A DNA stretch of 64,000 nt, from assembly GCA_963750165.1 (NCBI GenBank), contig CAVVPN010000003.1:2272001-2336000 (forward strand), read 5' to 3'. The notes beneath the pieces are model-generated. The model saw nothing but the letters and a program-made list of their open reading frames with translations, was not told the origin of the DNA and searched no databases. A program made the position numbers and the translations under genes. Positions 20,047 to 31,835 of the stretch are shown piece after piece (position 1 is the first letter of the stretch; each line of letters opens with the position of its first letter). Source of the stretch: an uncultured Gemmataceae bacterium (lineage in GTDB: Bacteria; Planctomycetota; Planctomycetia; Gemmatales; Gemmataceae).

Positions 20047-21169
20047 TTATTTCGCCGGCGGATCGTAGCGCTTGACGAACTTCACCCGGCCATCTAGCCG
20101 GACCAGGAACGCCGGCCGCCGGACGCACTGGTCGGCCTCGAACTTCAGCGGCCCGCTCAGGCTGGCGAAGTCGGTCGTCGCCGCCAGCTCCTCGCGCAAG
20201 GTCCTGCTCCCCTCGAAGCTGCGCTTCTGGGCCGCGAACAGCAGCCAGGCGTTGTCGTATGCCAGCGCCGCGGTCGCGTCCGGCTCCTCCTGGAACGTCT
20301 CCCGATATTTCGCAGCGAACTCGCGCATGTGCGGCGTGCCGCCCTCCTGGACGAACGCCGTCACCGCGTAGACGTTGGAGCGCGTGTCGCGCTCACTCAA
20401 CAATTGCGCCAGGCCGTCCTCGAGGCCGCCGAACAGGACTGGCGGCACCTCATTCGGCTCCTCAAGCGGTGCGGTGTCGGCCTGTCGGAACGCCCGCAGG
20501 TTCTCCACCGTGCCTGCGAACAGCACCGCGTTCGGCGCGTCCTCGCGCAGTCGTCGGGCCAGGTCCGCGAACTTCACTTCCTTGCCGAAACGCACCATCG
20601 TCAGCGGCGTCGCGTCCTTCGCGCTGGCCCAGGCGCGGGCGAAGGCGTCCGCCAGCTGGCTGAACTCCGGCCCGCGTTCATCCACGAGCACGGCCACCCT
20701 GGCGGCCTTCAACTCCTCACGGGCGCAGCGCCAGCACCTCGCCGCGGAAGGCGGGCGCCAGGCCGGTGCAGAAGACGTTCTCGCTCAGCGCCGGCGACCG
20801 CAGACCGCAGGGGCTGACGATGACGACGCGGGCGCGGTCGAGGCGTTCCAGCTCCGCCGGGGTGGTGCCGCCGAGCAGCGCCTGCACGCGGTTGACTGCC
20901 ACCAACCGCACCGCCTCGGCCTCCAGCAGTTCCAGTTTACCGTGCGACTCGGCGTGCAGCACGTTGACGGCGCGGCCGGCGCCCTGTTCGGGATCCTTGT
21001 CGGCCTGGATGACCGCCAACCGGACGCCGCGCTGGGCGGCGCCGGCGTCGTGCAGGCCGGTGATCTGCCCGTACAGCAACGGCGGTTGCGTGCCGCGGGT
21101 GCCGCAGCCGGTCAGACACAGCAGCAGTGCCGGCGCCACGGCCGCGAGCAGCGTTCGCAGGTTGACCAT
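20047..21169 (-). CDS. ABC transporter substrate-binding lipoprotein, LivK/PBP1-like (frameshift near 20725)
   Basis: Lipobox LTGC; GVRLAV, AVRLVAVNRVQALLG; C-half AALAYD and SLSGPLKF in the adjacent frame. Confidence 0.75.
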
Positions 21170-21323
21170 GTGAAACTCCTCCGCAGGAACTTTGCCATCA
21201 GCGTGCAAACGTGGTGCCAGTCGCCACTCCCGGGCCCCTGGGCGCCGCAGTGTTTGACGTTGCCGCGGCGCGTCCATAGGTTGAGCGCTGGAAACTTTCT
21301 TTCTCGCATCAGGAGGAGCCTCC

Positions 21324-21845
21324 ATGCAAGAGCGTCCCAACGCCGTCAAGTTCAAGGACAAGATGCTGACCCTGGTCGGCCCGCAGTTGAAGACCGGCGA
21401 CAATGCGCCGGAGTTCACCTGCGTCAACGTGCTCGACCCGGTGCGCCTGGCCGACACGCCGAAGAAGGCCCGGCTGTTCAGTGTCGTGCCGTCGCTGGAC
21501 ACGCCCGTCTGCAGCCAGCAGACCAAGAAGTTCGACGAGAGCGTCGGCGCCCTGAAGGACAAGGTCGCCTGCTACACGATCAGCCTGGACATGCCGTTCG
21601 CGCAGAAACGCTTCTGCACCGCCGAGAACATCACCAACATGACGAGCCTGTCGGACCTGCACGACCAGTCGTTCGGCAAGAATTATGGTGTGCTCATCAA
21701 GGGCCTGCCCATTCCGCTGCTGTCGCGGGCCATCTTCGTCGTGGACAAAAACGACAAGATCACCTACTGCGAATACGTGCCGGAAGTCGGCTCCCACCCG
21801 AACTACGAAAAGGCGCTGGAGGCGCTGAAGGCCGTCGCGGGTTGA
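21324..21845 (+). CDS. tpx: Thiol peroxidase (atypical 2-Cys peroxiredoxin)
   Basis: VPSLDTPVC, SLDMPFAQKRFC, LSRAIFVVD. Confidence 0.96.
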   Translation: MQERPNAVKFKDKMLTLVGPQLKTGDNAPEFTCVNVLDPVRLADTPKKARLFSVVPSLDTPVCSQQTKKFDESVGALKDKVACYTISLDMPFAQKRFCTAENITNMTSLSDLHDQSFGKNYGVLIKGLPIPLLSRAIFVVDKNDKITYCEYVPEVGSHPNYEKALEALKAVAG

Positions 21846-21852
21846 TTGGATT

Positions 21853-21946
21853 TCACCACAAAGACACAAAGAGCACAAAGGAAGACAGGAAAATCAACAA
21901 ATCCATTCTCCTGTCTTCCTTTGTGCTCTTTGTGTCTTTGTGGTGA
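21853..21946. repeat. REP-like inverted repeat, CACCACAAAGACACAAAG family, copy 1
   Basis: Perfect 38-bp arms between convergent genes. Confidence 0.9.
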
Positions 21947-21947
21947 T

Positions 21948-22835
21948 TCACTCTTTGTCAATAAACCGCCGCGTCAGGTCGCCGTACGCATCAATGCGCC
22001 GGTCGCGCAGGAACGGCCAGTGCTGGCGAATCTCCTCCTGCTTCCGCACATCGCAGGGCACCACCAGCAGCTCCTCATCGTGGTGCGCCGCTCGCTTCAG
22101 CAGCATGCCGAACGGGTCGCAGACGAACGACGCCCCCCAGAACTCCAGCCCGCCGTCCGCCGGCCCCTCATGGCCCACGCGGTTCACCGACGCCACGTAC
22201 ACGCCATTGGCCAGCGCGTGCGAACGCTGGATCAGCTCCCACGCCTGGTGCTGCCGGTCGCCGAACTCCGCCTTCTCGCCCGGGTGCCAGCCGATCGCCG
22301 TCGGATAGAGCAGCACCTGCGCCCGACGCAGCGCCGTCAGCCGTGCCCCTTCGGGGAACCACTGGTCCCAGCACACCAGCACGCCAACACGGCCGAAGCG
22401 CGTGTCGAAAGCGCGGAAGCCCACGTCGCCGGGCGTGAAGTAAAATTTCTCGTAGTACAGCGGGTCGTCCGGGATGTGCATCTTGCGGTAGACGCCGAGC
22501 AGACTGCCGTCAGCGTCGAGCACCGCGGCGGTGTTGTGGTACAGCCCGGCGGCGCGGCGCTCGAACAGCGACGCCACCACGACCACGCCCAGTTCCTTCG
22601 CCAGGCGACCCAGGCGCTCCGTCGAGGGCCCCGGGATCGGCTCCGCCAGCGCGAACTTCGCGTGGTCCTCCGTCTGGCAGAAGTACAGCGCGCGGAATAG
22701 CTCCGGTAAACAGATGATCTGGGCCCCGGCCCGGGCGGCGTCGCGGACCCGCTGCACCGCTTTTTCCAGGTTGACGGCCGGGTCCGGGTCGCAGCGCATC
22801 TGCACCAGGCCGAGCGTGAACGTCTTGCCAGTCAT
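21948..22835 (-). CDS. Carbon-nitrogen hydrolase, N-carbamoylputrescine amidase-like
   Basis: E-K-C triad in LPELF, YRKMHIPDDP and VCWDQWFPE; WPFLRDRR. Confidence 0.9.
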   Translation of the reverse strand: MTGKTFTLGLVQMRCDPDPAVNLEKAVQRVRDAARAGAQIICLPELFRALYFCQTEDHAKFALAEPIPGPSTERLGRLAKELGVVVVASLFERRAAGLYHNTAAVLDADGSLLGVYRKMHIPDDPLYYEKFYFTPGDVGFRAFDTRFGRVGVLVCWDQWFPEGARLTALRRAQVLLYPTAIGWHPGEKAEFGDRQHQAWELIQRSHALANGVYVASVNRVGHEGPADGGLEFWGASFVCDPFGMLLKRAAHHDEELLVVPCDVRKQEEIRQHWPFLRDRRIDAYGDLTRRFIDKE

Positions 22836-22865
22836 GCGGGGGTGTCCTCCTCTCCCGGCATTATA

Positions 22866-22950
22866 GGCGAGCGGCGCGGCGTCAGCCCGCCGGTGCTGCG
22901 AAGTCCCTAACACTTCGCAGCACCGGCGGGCTGACGCCGCGCCGCTCGCC
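22866..22950. repeat. REP-like inverted repeat, GAGCGGCGCGGCGTCAGCCCGCCGG family, copy 1
   Basis: 39-bp perfect arms. Confidence 0.88.
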
Positions 22951-23048
22951 GGACTGCTCTTTTTATTTGACACCGGACGTCCTTCGGATACCCTGAACTA
23001 TTAGATTCCCACCAAATTTCCCGCCTGCAGAGCACGAGGACGCTGCCG

Positions 23049-25319
23049 ATGCGAAGGTTGTGCTGTTGTAGCGTGATCGTGATCCTGGCCTGGCTGCTGA
23101 CCGTCGCCCCCGAGACGGTCCACGGACAGCCTGCCAGGAAGAAGAACGCCTGGGCGTTCCAGCCGCCGGTGCGCCCGGCAGTGCCCCCCCCTCAATCTCC
23201 CCCCTTGCAAGGGGGGGGGATTGAGGGGGGGGTGGGTGCGCAATCCCATTGACGCTTTCATCCTGGCGAAGCTGACCGCGAAGGGCCTCGCGCCCGCCGC
23301 CGAGGCCGACCGTCCCACGCTGCTGCGCCGCGTCACGTTCGACCTGACCGGCCTGCCGCCGACGCCCGCGGAGATCGATGCCTTCGTCAACGACACCGCT
23401 GCCAACGCTTACGAGAAGGTGGTGGACCACCTGCTGGCGTCGCCGCGCTACGGCGAGCGCTGGGCACAGCACTGGCTCGACCTGGTGCGCTTCGCCGAGA
23501 GCGACGGCTTCAAGGCGGACGACCCGCGGCCGCTGGCGTGGCGCTACCGCGATTACGTCATCGCCGCGTTCAACGCCGACAAGCCCTACGATCGCTTCGT
23601 GCAGGAGCAACTCGCCGGCGATGAATTGTTCCCCGGTGAGCCGGCGGCGCTGGTGGCGACCGCGTTCAACCGCCACTTCCCCGACGAGTACAACGCCCGC
23701 AACCTGGAGCAGCGCCGCCAGGAAATCCTGAACGACATCACCGACACGACCGGTCAGGTTTTCCTCGGCGTCACCCTCGGCTGCGCGCGCTGCCACGACC
23801 ACAAGTTCGATCCGATTTCGCAGAAGGACTACTACCGCATTCAGGCGTTCTTCGCCGCCATCTCGCCGCGCGACAGCCTGCCCCTGGCGCGGCCGGCGGA
23901 GGCGCAACGGTATCAAGAGCAATTGAAAACCTGGGAGGCGAAGGCCGCGGCACTGCTGGCGAAACTGGAGCAGATGGAGGAGCCGTATCGCAAAAAGATC
24001 GCGAACCCGCTCAAGCACAAGTTCGCGAAAAACCTCCAGGAAGCGTATGACACGCCGGCGGCGCAGCGCACCCCCTTGCAGCAGCAGCTGGCCGAACTGC
24101 TCGCCAAGCAGTTGTACGTCAACCGCGCCCAGATGGCGAAGGCGATGAAGCCAGACGTGCGCAAGCAGTGGCAACTCATCGACAAGCAGATGGCACAGTT
24201 CGACCACCTCAAACCGAAGCCGCTGCCCGAGACGATGGCGGTGATCGACGTCGGCCCGGTGGCGCCGGCGACGCATCTGCTGCAGCGCGGCAACTGGCGC
24301 AAGAAGGCGCGGAAGTGCAACCGGGCTTCCTGTCGGCCATTGAGCCGAAGACGCCGGCCATCGCGCCGCCGCCGAACGGCAAGTCCACCGGCCGCCGCGC
24401 CGTGCTGGCGAAGTGGCTGACCGACCCGGCCAACCCGCTGACGGCGCGTGTCATGGTGAATCGGCTCTGGCAACACCACTTCGGCCGTGGCATCGTCGCG
24501 TCGCCGAGCGACTTCGGCGTGCAGGGCGACGCGCCGACGCACCCCGAACTGCTCGACTGGCTGGCGATGGAGTTCGTGGCTCGCGGCTGGTCGATCAAGC
24601 AGATGCACCGACTGATGGTGACCAGCGCCACCTACCGCCAGGGCAGCCAGGTGACGCCGGCGGCGCTCAAGGCGGACCCCCAGAATCACCTGTTCAGCCG
24701 CATGAACCGGCGTCGCCTCGACGGCGAATCGTTGCGCGATGCCATGCTGCTGGCGGCGGGCCGGCTCAACCTGAAGATGGGCGGCCCGAGCGTCTTCCCC
24801 GAACTGCCCGCGGAGATGGCGGTGCCGCGCGGCGGCTGGCCGATGACCGCCGACCCGGCGGAGCGCGACCGCCGCAGTGTGTACGTCTTTTTCAAGCGCA
24901 ACCTGCGCTACCCCCTGTTCGCGGCCTTCGACGCCCCGGACGGCAATGAGACCTGCGCCCGCCGTCACGTGTCCACCAACGCGCCGCAGGCGCTGATGCT
25001 GCTCAACAGCACATTGACGCTGGACCTGGCCCGCGACTTCGCCGGCCGGCTGCTGCACGAGGGCACGGGGGCGCCGGATGACGTGGTGCGCCGCGCTTAT
25101 CAGGCAGCGCTGGGCCGGACGCCGGACAGCCGCGAAATGGAGCTGGCCCAGGCGTTTCTGCGGCGCGAGGCGGAGACGGTCCGGCGGCGGCTGGCGGCGA
25201 AGCAGCCGGTGTCGCTGCCGCGTGAGGTGCCGCTGCGCGACGACCCCGAGTTCGCGGGGGCGGTGGTCGGCCTGTGTCATGTGCTGCTGAACGTCAACGA
25301 ATTTGCGTATGTGGATTGA
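23049..25319 (+). CDS. DUF1549/DUF1553 (PSD1) planctomycete protein (frameshifts near 23215 and 24310)
   Basis: WAFQPP, NPIDAFI, YGERWAQHWLD, CARCHDHKFDP, NPLTARVMVNRLWQHHFGRG and PTHPELLDWLA across three frames. Confidence 0.88.
23184..23232. repeat. C/G-rich palindrome inside the DUF1549 gene 5' region
   Basis: CCCCCCCCTCAATCTCCCCCCTTGCAAGGGGGGGGGATTGAGGGGGGGG. Confidence 0.75.
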
Positions 25320-25327
25320 AGAATCAA

Positions 25328-25430
25328 TTTCACCACAAAGACACAAAGACCCACAAAGGAAAAACAGAGACCGCGGATTGTAATACCCCGTTCTATCTTC
25401 TTTGTGTTTCTTTGTGTCTTTGTGGTGAAA
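25328..25430. repeat. REP-like inverted repeat, CACCACAAAGACACAAAG family, copy 2
   Basis: Same terminal arms as 21853-21946. Confidence 0.88.
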
Positions 25431-25446
25431 TCCTTGAGGATTTGCA

Positions 25447-26851
<1,405 letters not shown>

Positions 26852-26900
26852 CTGGTTGGAAGACCTTGAAAAAACCGGAGCGGCCCTTCGAGCGAGCGCC

Positions 26901-27974
26901 ATGATTCAACACACCTGTCCGAGTTGTCAGCAAACGCTGGCCGCCCCGCCGCAGTACGCGGGCAAGCGCGTCAAGTGCCCCAAATGCGGCGATTCCTTCC
27001 AGCTGCCGGCGGCCGCGACCGAGATCCACACCGCGACCATCCCGCTGGAGCCGGTGCCGCCGCCGCGGAGGCCGCCACTGGCGCAGCGGGCGGCGCCGCC
27101 GCTGGCGCGACCGCCGCGGCGGCCGGAGGACGACGAGGAGGACATCCCGCTGGTCGGCCGGCGCCAGCGTCTCGGCCGGCGCCGTGGATACCGCGGCTTC
27201 CACCTCGGCGCCGGCGCCATCTGGGGCCTGGCCGGCGGCGCCGCGGCGTTTCTGTTGCTCGTCGGCGCCCCGGTCATCTGGCTCAACGCCGGCTTCACGT
27301 TCATCACCATCCTGCTCATCATCCTGGGCGCCGGCTTCGGGATCGGCCTGTTCCCGCTGACGCGCTGGATGTCGGCGGAGCGGCGCGAGGGCGAACTGGG
27401 CTCCCAGGCGCTCCTCGTGTATCTGTTCTGCCTCGGCTTCGGCCTGGCGTTCCTGGCGGGCGGCCTGACCGTGCACCTCGTCTTCGCCCAGGCGACGGTC
27501 TACATCGACAACAACACCAAGATGGACGTGCGCCTGGAGCTGAACGGTCAGCCGTGGCGGAGCGCCCAGCCCGGGGCGACGCTGCAGACGGCGCTGCGGC
27601 GCGGCAAGTACAACCTGGTGGTGCGCGACGCCTCGGGGCAGGTGCTCGACGAGATGCCGATTGTGGTGGAGGGGCCGGGCAACTACGTCCTGAATGTGCT
27701 GGGCGGCCAGGTGTACACGCGCGGCGTCGCTCACTACTCGACGCAGGGGGCGCCCATCCCGGACACGATAACGCTGGAGCACAACAAGTGGTTCAAGGCG
27801 GACGTGGACTTCCTCTTCCAGGATGCGCCCAGTTCGATCAGCATCAGCCACAGCCGCGGCCAGACCACCCCCAGCACGGCCTCGCGGACGTACCTGGTGC
27901 GCGGCGTGTTGCAGGTGGCGCCCAACCAGATGCCGCCCGGCCAACCGCCCAACCAGTTCCCTCCGAAGAAGTAA
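26901..27974 (+). CDS. Zinc-ribbon membrane protein
   Basis: CPSC...GKRVKCPKC, Pro-rich linker, 3-4 TM helices, beta-rich C-domain. Confidence 0.8.
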   Translation: MIQHTCPSCQQTLAAPPQYAGKRVKCPKCGDSFQLPAAATEIHTATIPLEPVPPPRRPPLAQRAAPPLARPPRRPEDDEEDIPLVGRRQRLGRRRGYRGFHLGAGAIWGLAGGAAAFLLLVGAPVIWLNAGFTFITILLIILGAGFGIGLFPLTRWMSAERREGELGSQALLVYLFCLGFGLAFLAGGLTVHLVFAQATVYIDNNTKMDVRLELNGQPWRSAQPGATLQTALRRGKYNLVVRDASGQVLDEMPIVVEGPGNYVLNVLGGQVYTRGVAHYSTQGAPIPDTITLEHNKWFKADVDFLFQDAPSSISISHSRGQTTPSTASRTYLVRGVLQVAPNQMPPGQPPNQFPPKK

Positions 27975-28191
27975 CGACCCCGCATTGCGGCGAGCGGCGT
28001 CCGCGTGGCTTGCCCACTTCGCCCCGGCTGCCAGCCGTGCGGCCGCGATAAGTTGGCCTCCCCCCGGCGCAACCTTCTGGTAGATTCCGCCCCGTCACGG
28101 AGGACGCCAGGCGGCGGCGGGGGCTGCGCCTGGGTTTGCGGAAACCCCCGCGCCGCCGCCACGCCCGGGGCCGCGGCCAAGGAGGGCTGGC

Positions 28192-29775
28192 GTGGCCGGT
28201 CACTGGCGTATCCGCCACAAGTTGATGCTCGGGCTCGGCCTGGTGGTCGCCGTGCTCGGCTTGCTGCTGACCGGCACCCTCTACGGTCTCAACGCCTACC
28301 GCGTCACCATTCGCACCATCGACCACCGCCTCGTCGATCTGAGCCACGCCTTTGAGCTACGCAAGAGCATCGGCGAACTGGAGAAGAAACCGCGCAGTGC
28401 GGAACGGGAACTGCGCGAGCTGCAGGAGCGCGCCAACGCCGTCCGCGAGAAGCTGGAGAAGTACGAGCAGGCCATCAAGGCTAACCACACCCACGGCCTG
28501 TCTCCCGACAAGAGTCATGAGCAGACCGGGTACATCAGCGTCATCGGCAAACAGCTCGACGAACTCGAACGGCTGATCCACTGGCGTGAAGAGAACCCGA
28601 ACGGTGCCGCCGAGTACGAGGACAACTCCAAGCAGACCATCAACGACCTGAAGACGGCGGCTGACTGTCTGAACGAGGTCATTTACAAGGCGTCCTACGA
28701 CCACATCGACCAGGCGAACAAGGATAACCGCTTCAACATCTGGGTGATCGTCATCACCGCCATCGCCGGCGTGCTGCTGTTGACGGCGCTGCTGCGCTCG
28801 CTGTACCAGTGGATCATCGTGCCCATCCGCGACCTGCAGCAGGGCGTGGACCGCGTGGCCCGCGGCGACTTCGACCACACCATCGATGTCAAGAGCGGCG
28901 ACGAAATCCAGGACCTGGCCGCGGCCTTCGACGACATGACGGCCCGGCTGCGCGAGATGTACCGCGACCTGGCCCGGCAGGTCAACGAGCGCAGCCGGCA
29001 GCTGGTGCGCTCCGAGCGGCTGGCGGGCGTCGGCTTTCTGGCGGCCGGCGTCGCCCACGAGATCAACAACCCGCTGGCGAGCATCGCCTTTTGCAGCGAG
29101 GCCCTGGAGCGCCGCCTTGAAGAAGTGCTGGCCTTCCGGGCACGCTCCGGCGGCGAGGAGGCGGAGGTCATCACCAAGTATTTGCGGATGATCCAGCAGG
29201 AGGCGTTCCGCTGCAAGGAGATCACGCAGCGGCTGCTGGAGTTCAGCCGCGGCGGCGAGCGCCAGCGCGAGCCGACGGACCTCGGCGAGCTGGTGCAGTC
29301 GGTGCTGGAGGTGGTGCAGCATTTGCAAAGCAGCCGCGGCAAGGAATTAAGCTTCAAGCCGATGTACCGTGTGCTGGCGTCGGTGAACGCCCAGGAGATC
29401 AAGTCGGTGGTGCTGAACCTGATTGTCAACGGGCTGGACAGCATGGACGACGGCGGCACGCTAACGATCACGCTGGGGCGGCGCGGCGGCAACGCGGAAC
29501 TGGTGTTCCAGGACACCGGCTGCGGCATGACGGCGGAAGTGCTGGAGAACATTTTCGAGCCGTTCTTCACGCGCAGCCGCACCGGCAAGGGCACGGGACT
29601 GGGGCTGTCGATCAGCCACCGCATCATCAGCCAGCACGGCGGCGAGATCGAGGCGGTCAGCGCCGGGCCGAACCAGGGCAGCACGTTCACGGTGTCGCTG
29701 CCGTTGCAGCCCGCCGAGGAGGCGCCGCGCGACGATGCCGAGCACGCGCCGCGGCCGGAGCGGCGGGCGGCGTGA
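28192..29775 (+). CDS. HAMP sensor histidine kinase
   Basis: AAGVAHEINNPL, FEPFFT, GTGLGLSIS; two TM helices. Confidence 0.93.
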   Translation: MAGHWRIRHKLMLGLGLVVAVLGLLLTGTLYGLNAYRVTIRTIDHRLVDLSHAFELRKSIGELEKKPRSAERELRELQERANAVREKLEKYEQAIKANHTHGLSPDKSHEQTGYISVIGKQLDELERLIHWREENPNGAAEYEDNSKQTINDLKTAADCLNEVIYKASYDHIDQANKDNRFNIWVIVITAIAGVLLLTALLRSLYQWIIVPIRDLQQGVDRVARGDFDHTIDVKSGDEIQDLAAAFDDMTARLREMYRDLARQVNERSRQLVRSERLAGVGFLAAGVAHEINNPLASIAFCSEALERRLEEVLAFRARSGGEEAEVITKYLRMIQQEAFRCKEITQRLLEFSRGGERQREPTDLGELVQSVLEVVQHLQSSRGKELSFKPMYRVLASVNAQEIKSVVLNLIVNGLDSMDDGGTLTITLGRRGGNAELVFQDTGCGMTAEVLENIFEPFFTRSRTGKGTGLGLSISHRIISQHGGEIEAVSAGPNQGSTFTVSLPLQPAEEAPRDDAEHAPRPERRAA

Positions 29776-29782
29776 CGATTTT

Positions 29783-29864
29783 TTTCTGCCGCTTGCGGCT
29801 TAGCGCGCTGGCAAACGCCCGCCGCCGGGAGGGTCGCTGAGCGCGAAGCCGCAAGCGGCAGAAA
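29783..29864. repeat. REP-like inverted repeat (GCCGCTTGCGGCTT family)
   Basis: TTTCTGCCGCTTGCGGCTT ... AAGCCGCAAGCGGCAGAAA. Confidence 0.8.
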
Positions 29865-29904
29865 GCGAAACCGCCCACGAACTGTAGCACAGAGGAGGTG
29901 TCTC

Positions 29905-31380
29905 ATGGCCACGCCCCCGCACAAGAGCCTGCGCATCCTGTTCGCCGACGACGAGAAATCGCTGCAGGAGTTCATGCGCTCGGAGCTGCCGCGGCTGGGC
30001 CACGAGGTCACGGTCTGCCCCGACGGCAAGACGGCCGTCAAGACGCTCGACAAGTCCACCTACGACGCCGCCATCCTCGACCTGCGCATGCCCGGCCTGA
30101 CCGGCATTGAGGTGCTGGAGGAAATCAAGAAGGTGGCGCCGGACACGGAAGTCGTGCTCATGACCGGCCACGCCAGCATGGAGACGGCCATCGAGGCGGT
30201 GCGCCTCGGCGCCTTCGACTACATCACCAAGCCGTGCAAGCTCGGCGAGATTGAAGCGATCCTGCGCAAGATCGCGGAGAAGCGCGAGCTGAAGAACAAG
30301 AACCTGGCGTTACAGAGCCGGGTGCAGGCGGCCGAGGGGCCGACGGTGCTGGTCGGCGGCTCGCCGGCAATGGCGGCCGTGCATCGCTACATCGCCATGG
30401 TGGCGCCGAGCGAATCGACCGTGCTCATTCAGGGCGAAACCGGCACCGGCAAGGAGCTGGCGGCGCGCACCGTCTTTCAGCAGAGCAAGCGCGCGGACAT
30501 GCCGTTCGTGCCGGTCAACTGCGGCGCCCTGGCCGAGAACCTGGTTGAGAGCGAACTGTTCGGCCATGTGAAAGGGGCGTTCACCGGCGCCGACCGCGAC
30601 CACAAGGGCCTGTTCGAGGTCGCCAACGGCGGCACGCTGTTCCTGGACGAACTCGGCGAGCTGAACAAGAACATTCAGGTGAAACTGCTGCGTTTTCTGG
30701 AGTCGGGTGAGATTCGCCGGCTGGGCGACACGAAGCCGTTCCGCGTGGACGTACGCGTCATCTGCGCCACCAACCGCGACCTGCGGCAGATGATCCAGAA
30801 CGACGAGTTCCGCGAGGATCTGTACTTCCGCATCAACACGTTTGAGCTGCGCCTGCCGCCGTTGCGCGAGCGGCGCTCGGACATTCCGGACCTGGCGCGG
30901 CACCTGCTGGCGCGCATCGCCAAACGGCCGGTCGAACAGGTCGCGGACCTGCTTACGCCGGAGACGGTCGATGCGCTGCTGGAGTATCACTGGCAGGGCA
31001 ACGTCCGCGAGTTGGCGAACGCGATGGAGTACGCTTATCTGTTGTCGGGCGGTCAACACGTCCTGCCGGAGCATCTGCCGCACCAGGTCCGCCAGGCTGG
31101 CGGTCCCCCGGCGACGATCCCGATGAAGCCGCATCCATCGGCCGCCGCGGCGCCAGCCGCACCGCCCGCGGCAACGCCGGCCTATCCGCCGACGGTGCCG
31201 ATGCCGTCGTCGGCGTCGTCGGCCAAGACGCTCAAGGAAATCGAGATGGAGCACATCTTGCGGACGCTGGAGAAGCACAAGGGCAACAAGGTGGCGGCGG
31301 CGGGCGAACTCGGCATTGTGCTCAAGACGCTGTACAACAAACTCAACCAGTGGGAGGCGGAGCGCAAGAACGCGGGATAG
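29905..31380 (+). CDS. Sigma-54-dependent NtrC-family response regulator
   Basis: Receiver domain, [22 protein letters not shown], Fis HTH. Confidence 0.95.
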   Translation: MATPPHKSLRILFADDEKSLQEFMRSELPRLGHEVTVCPDGKTAVKTLDKSTYDAAILDLRMPGLTGIEVLEEIKKVAPDTEVVLMTGHASMETAIEAVRLGAFDYITKPCKLGEIEAILRKIAEKRELKNKNLALQSRVQAAEGPTVLVGGSPAMAAVHRYIAMVAPSESTVLIQGETGTGKELAARTVFQQSKRADMPFVPVNCGALAENLVESELFGHVKGAFTGADRDHKGLFEVANGGTLFLDELGELNKNIQVKLLRFLESGEIRRLGDTKPFRVDVRVICATNRDLRQMIQNDEFREDLYFRINTFELRLPPLRERRSDIPDLARHLLARIAKRPVEQVADLLTPETVDALLEYHWQGNVRELANAMEYAYLLSGGQHVLPEHLPHQVRQAGGPPATIPMKPHPSAAAAPAAPPAATPAYPPTVPMPSSASSAKTLKEIEMEHILRTLEKHKGNKVAAAGELGIVLKTLYNKLNQWEAERKNAG

Positions 31381-31385
31381 TTCTT

Positions 31386-31461
31386 TGAGCCCCGAAGGGG
31401 CGGCAGCCAATAGCCAGGGCCGTCAGGCCCTGGCTATTGGCTGCCGCCCCTTCGGGGCTCA
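31386..31461. repeat. REP-like palindrome (AGCCCCGAAGGGGCGGCAG family)
   Basis: About 36-bp perfect arms. Confidence 0.88.
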
Positions 31462-31471
31462 GAAATGACAG

Positions 31472-31835
31472 TCACGGGAAGTTCGTCAAGATGTGTTTCA
31501 CGAGCTGGCGATTGTACTCCTTCTGTCGCGGCGACACCGCGGCGTCGGTCACCGGCAGCGCCTGAATGGCGGCCTTCGCGCCGGCGGCCCGCGCCCCCAG
31601 ATGGTCGAGCGCGTTCAGCGCGGCCACCGAGACGTGCAGCCCGTGTTTGTCAATCGCCGCCAGGTTCACCAGCACCGGCAGCGCCTGCTTCAACTCCGCG
31701 TCGGTGCCGTAGCGCCCCAGCGCCTCCGCCGCGACGATCCGCACATACGGCGACTCATCCGCCAGCGCCTTGCCCAGCTCCATCTGTGCCGCCTTGAGCC
31801 CGTCCGTGCCGCGCATGAGTAGCCCCTGCGCCGCT
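31472..31835 (-). pseudogene. Orphan HEAT-repeat fragment resembling the C-terminus of planctomycete sulfatases
   Basis: AAQGLLMRG...DESPYVRIVAAEALGRYG...AALNALDHLG; no convincing start; overlaps the CxxCH gene tail. Confidence 0.55.
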
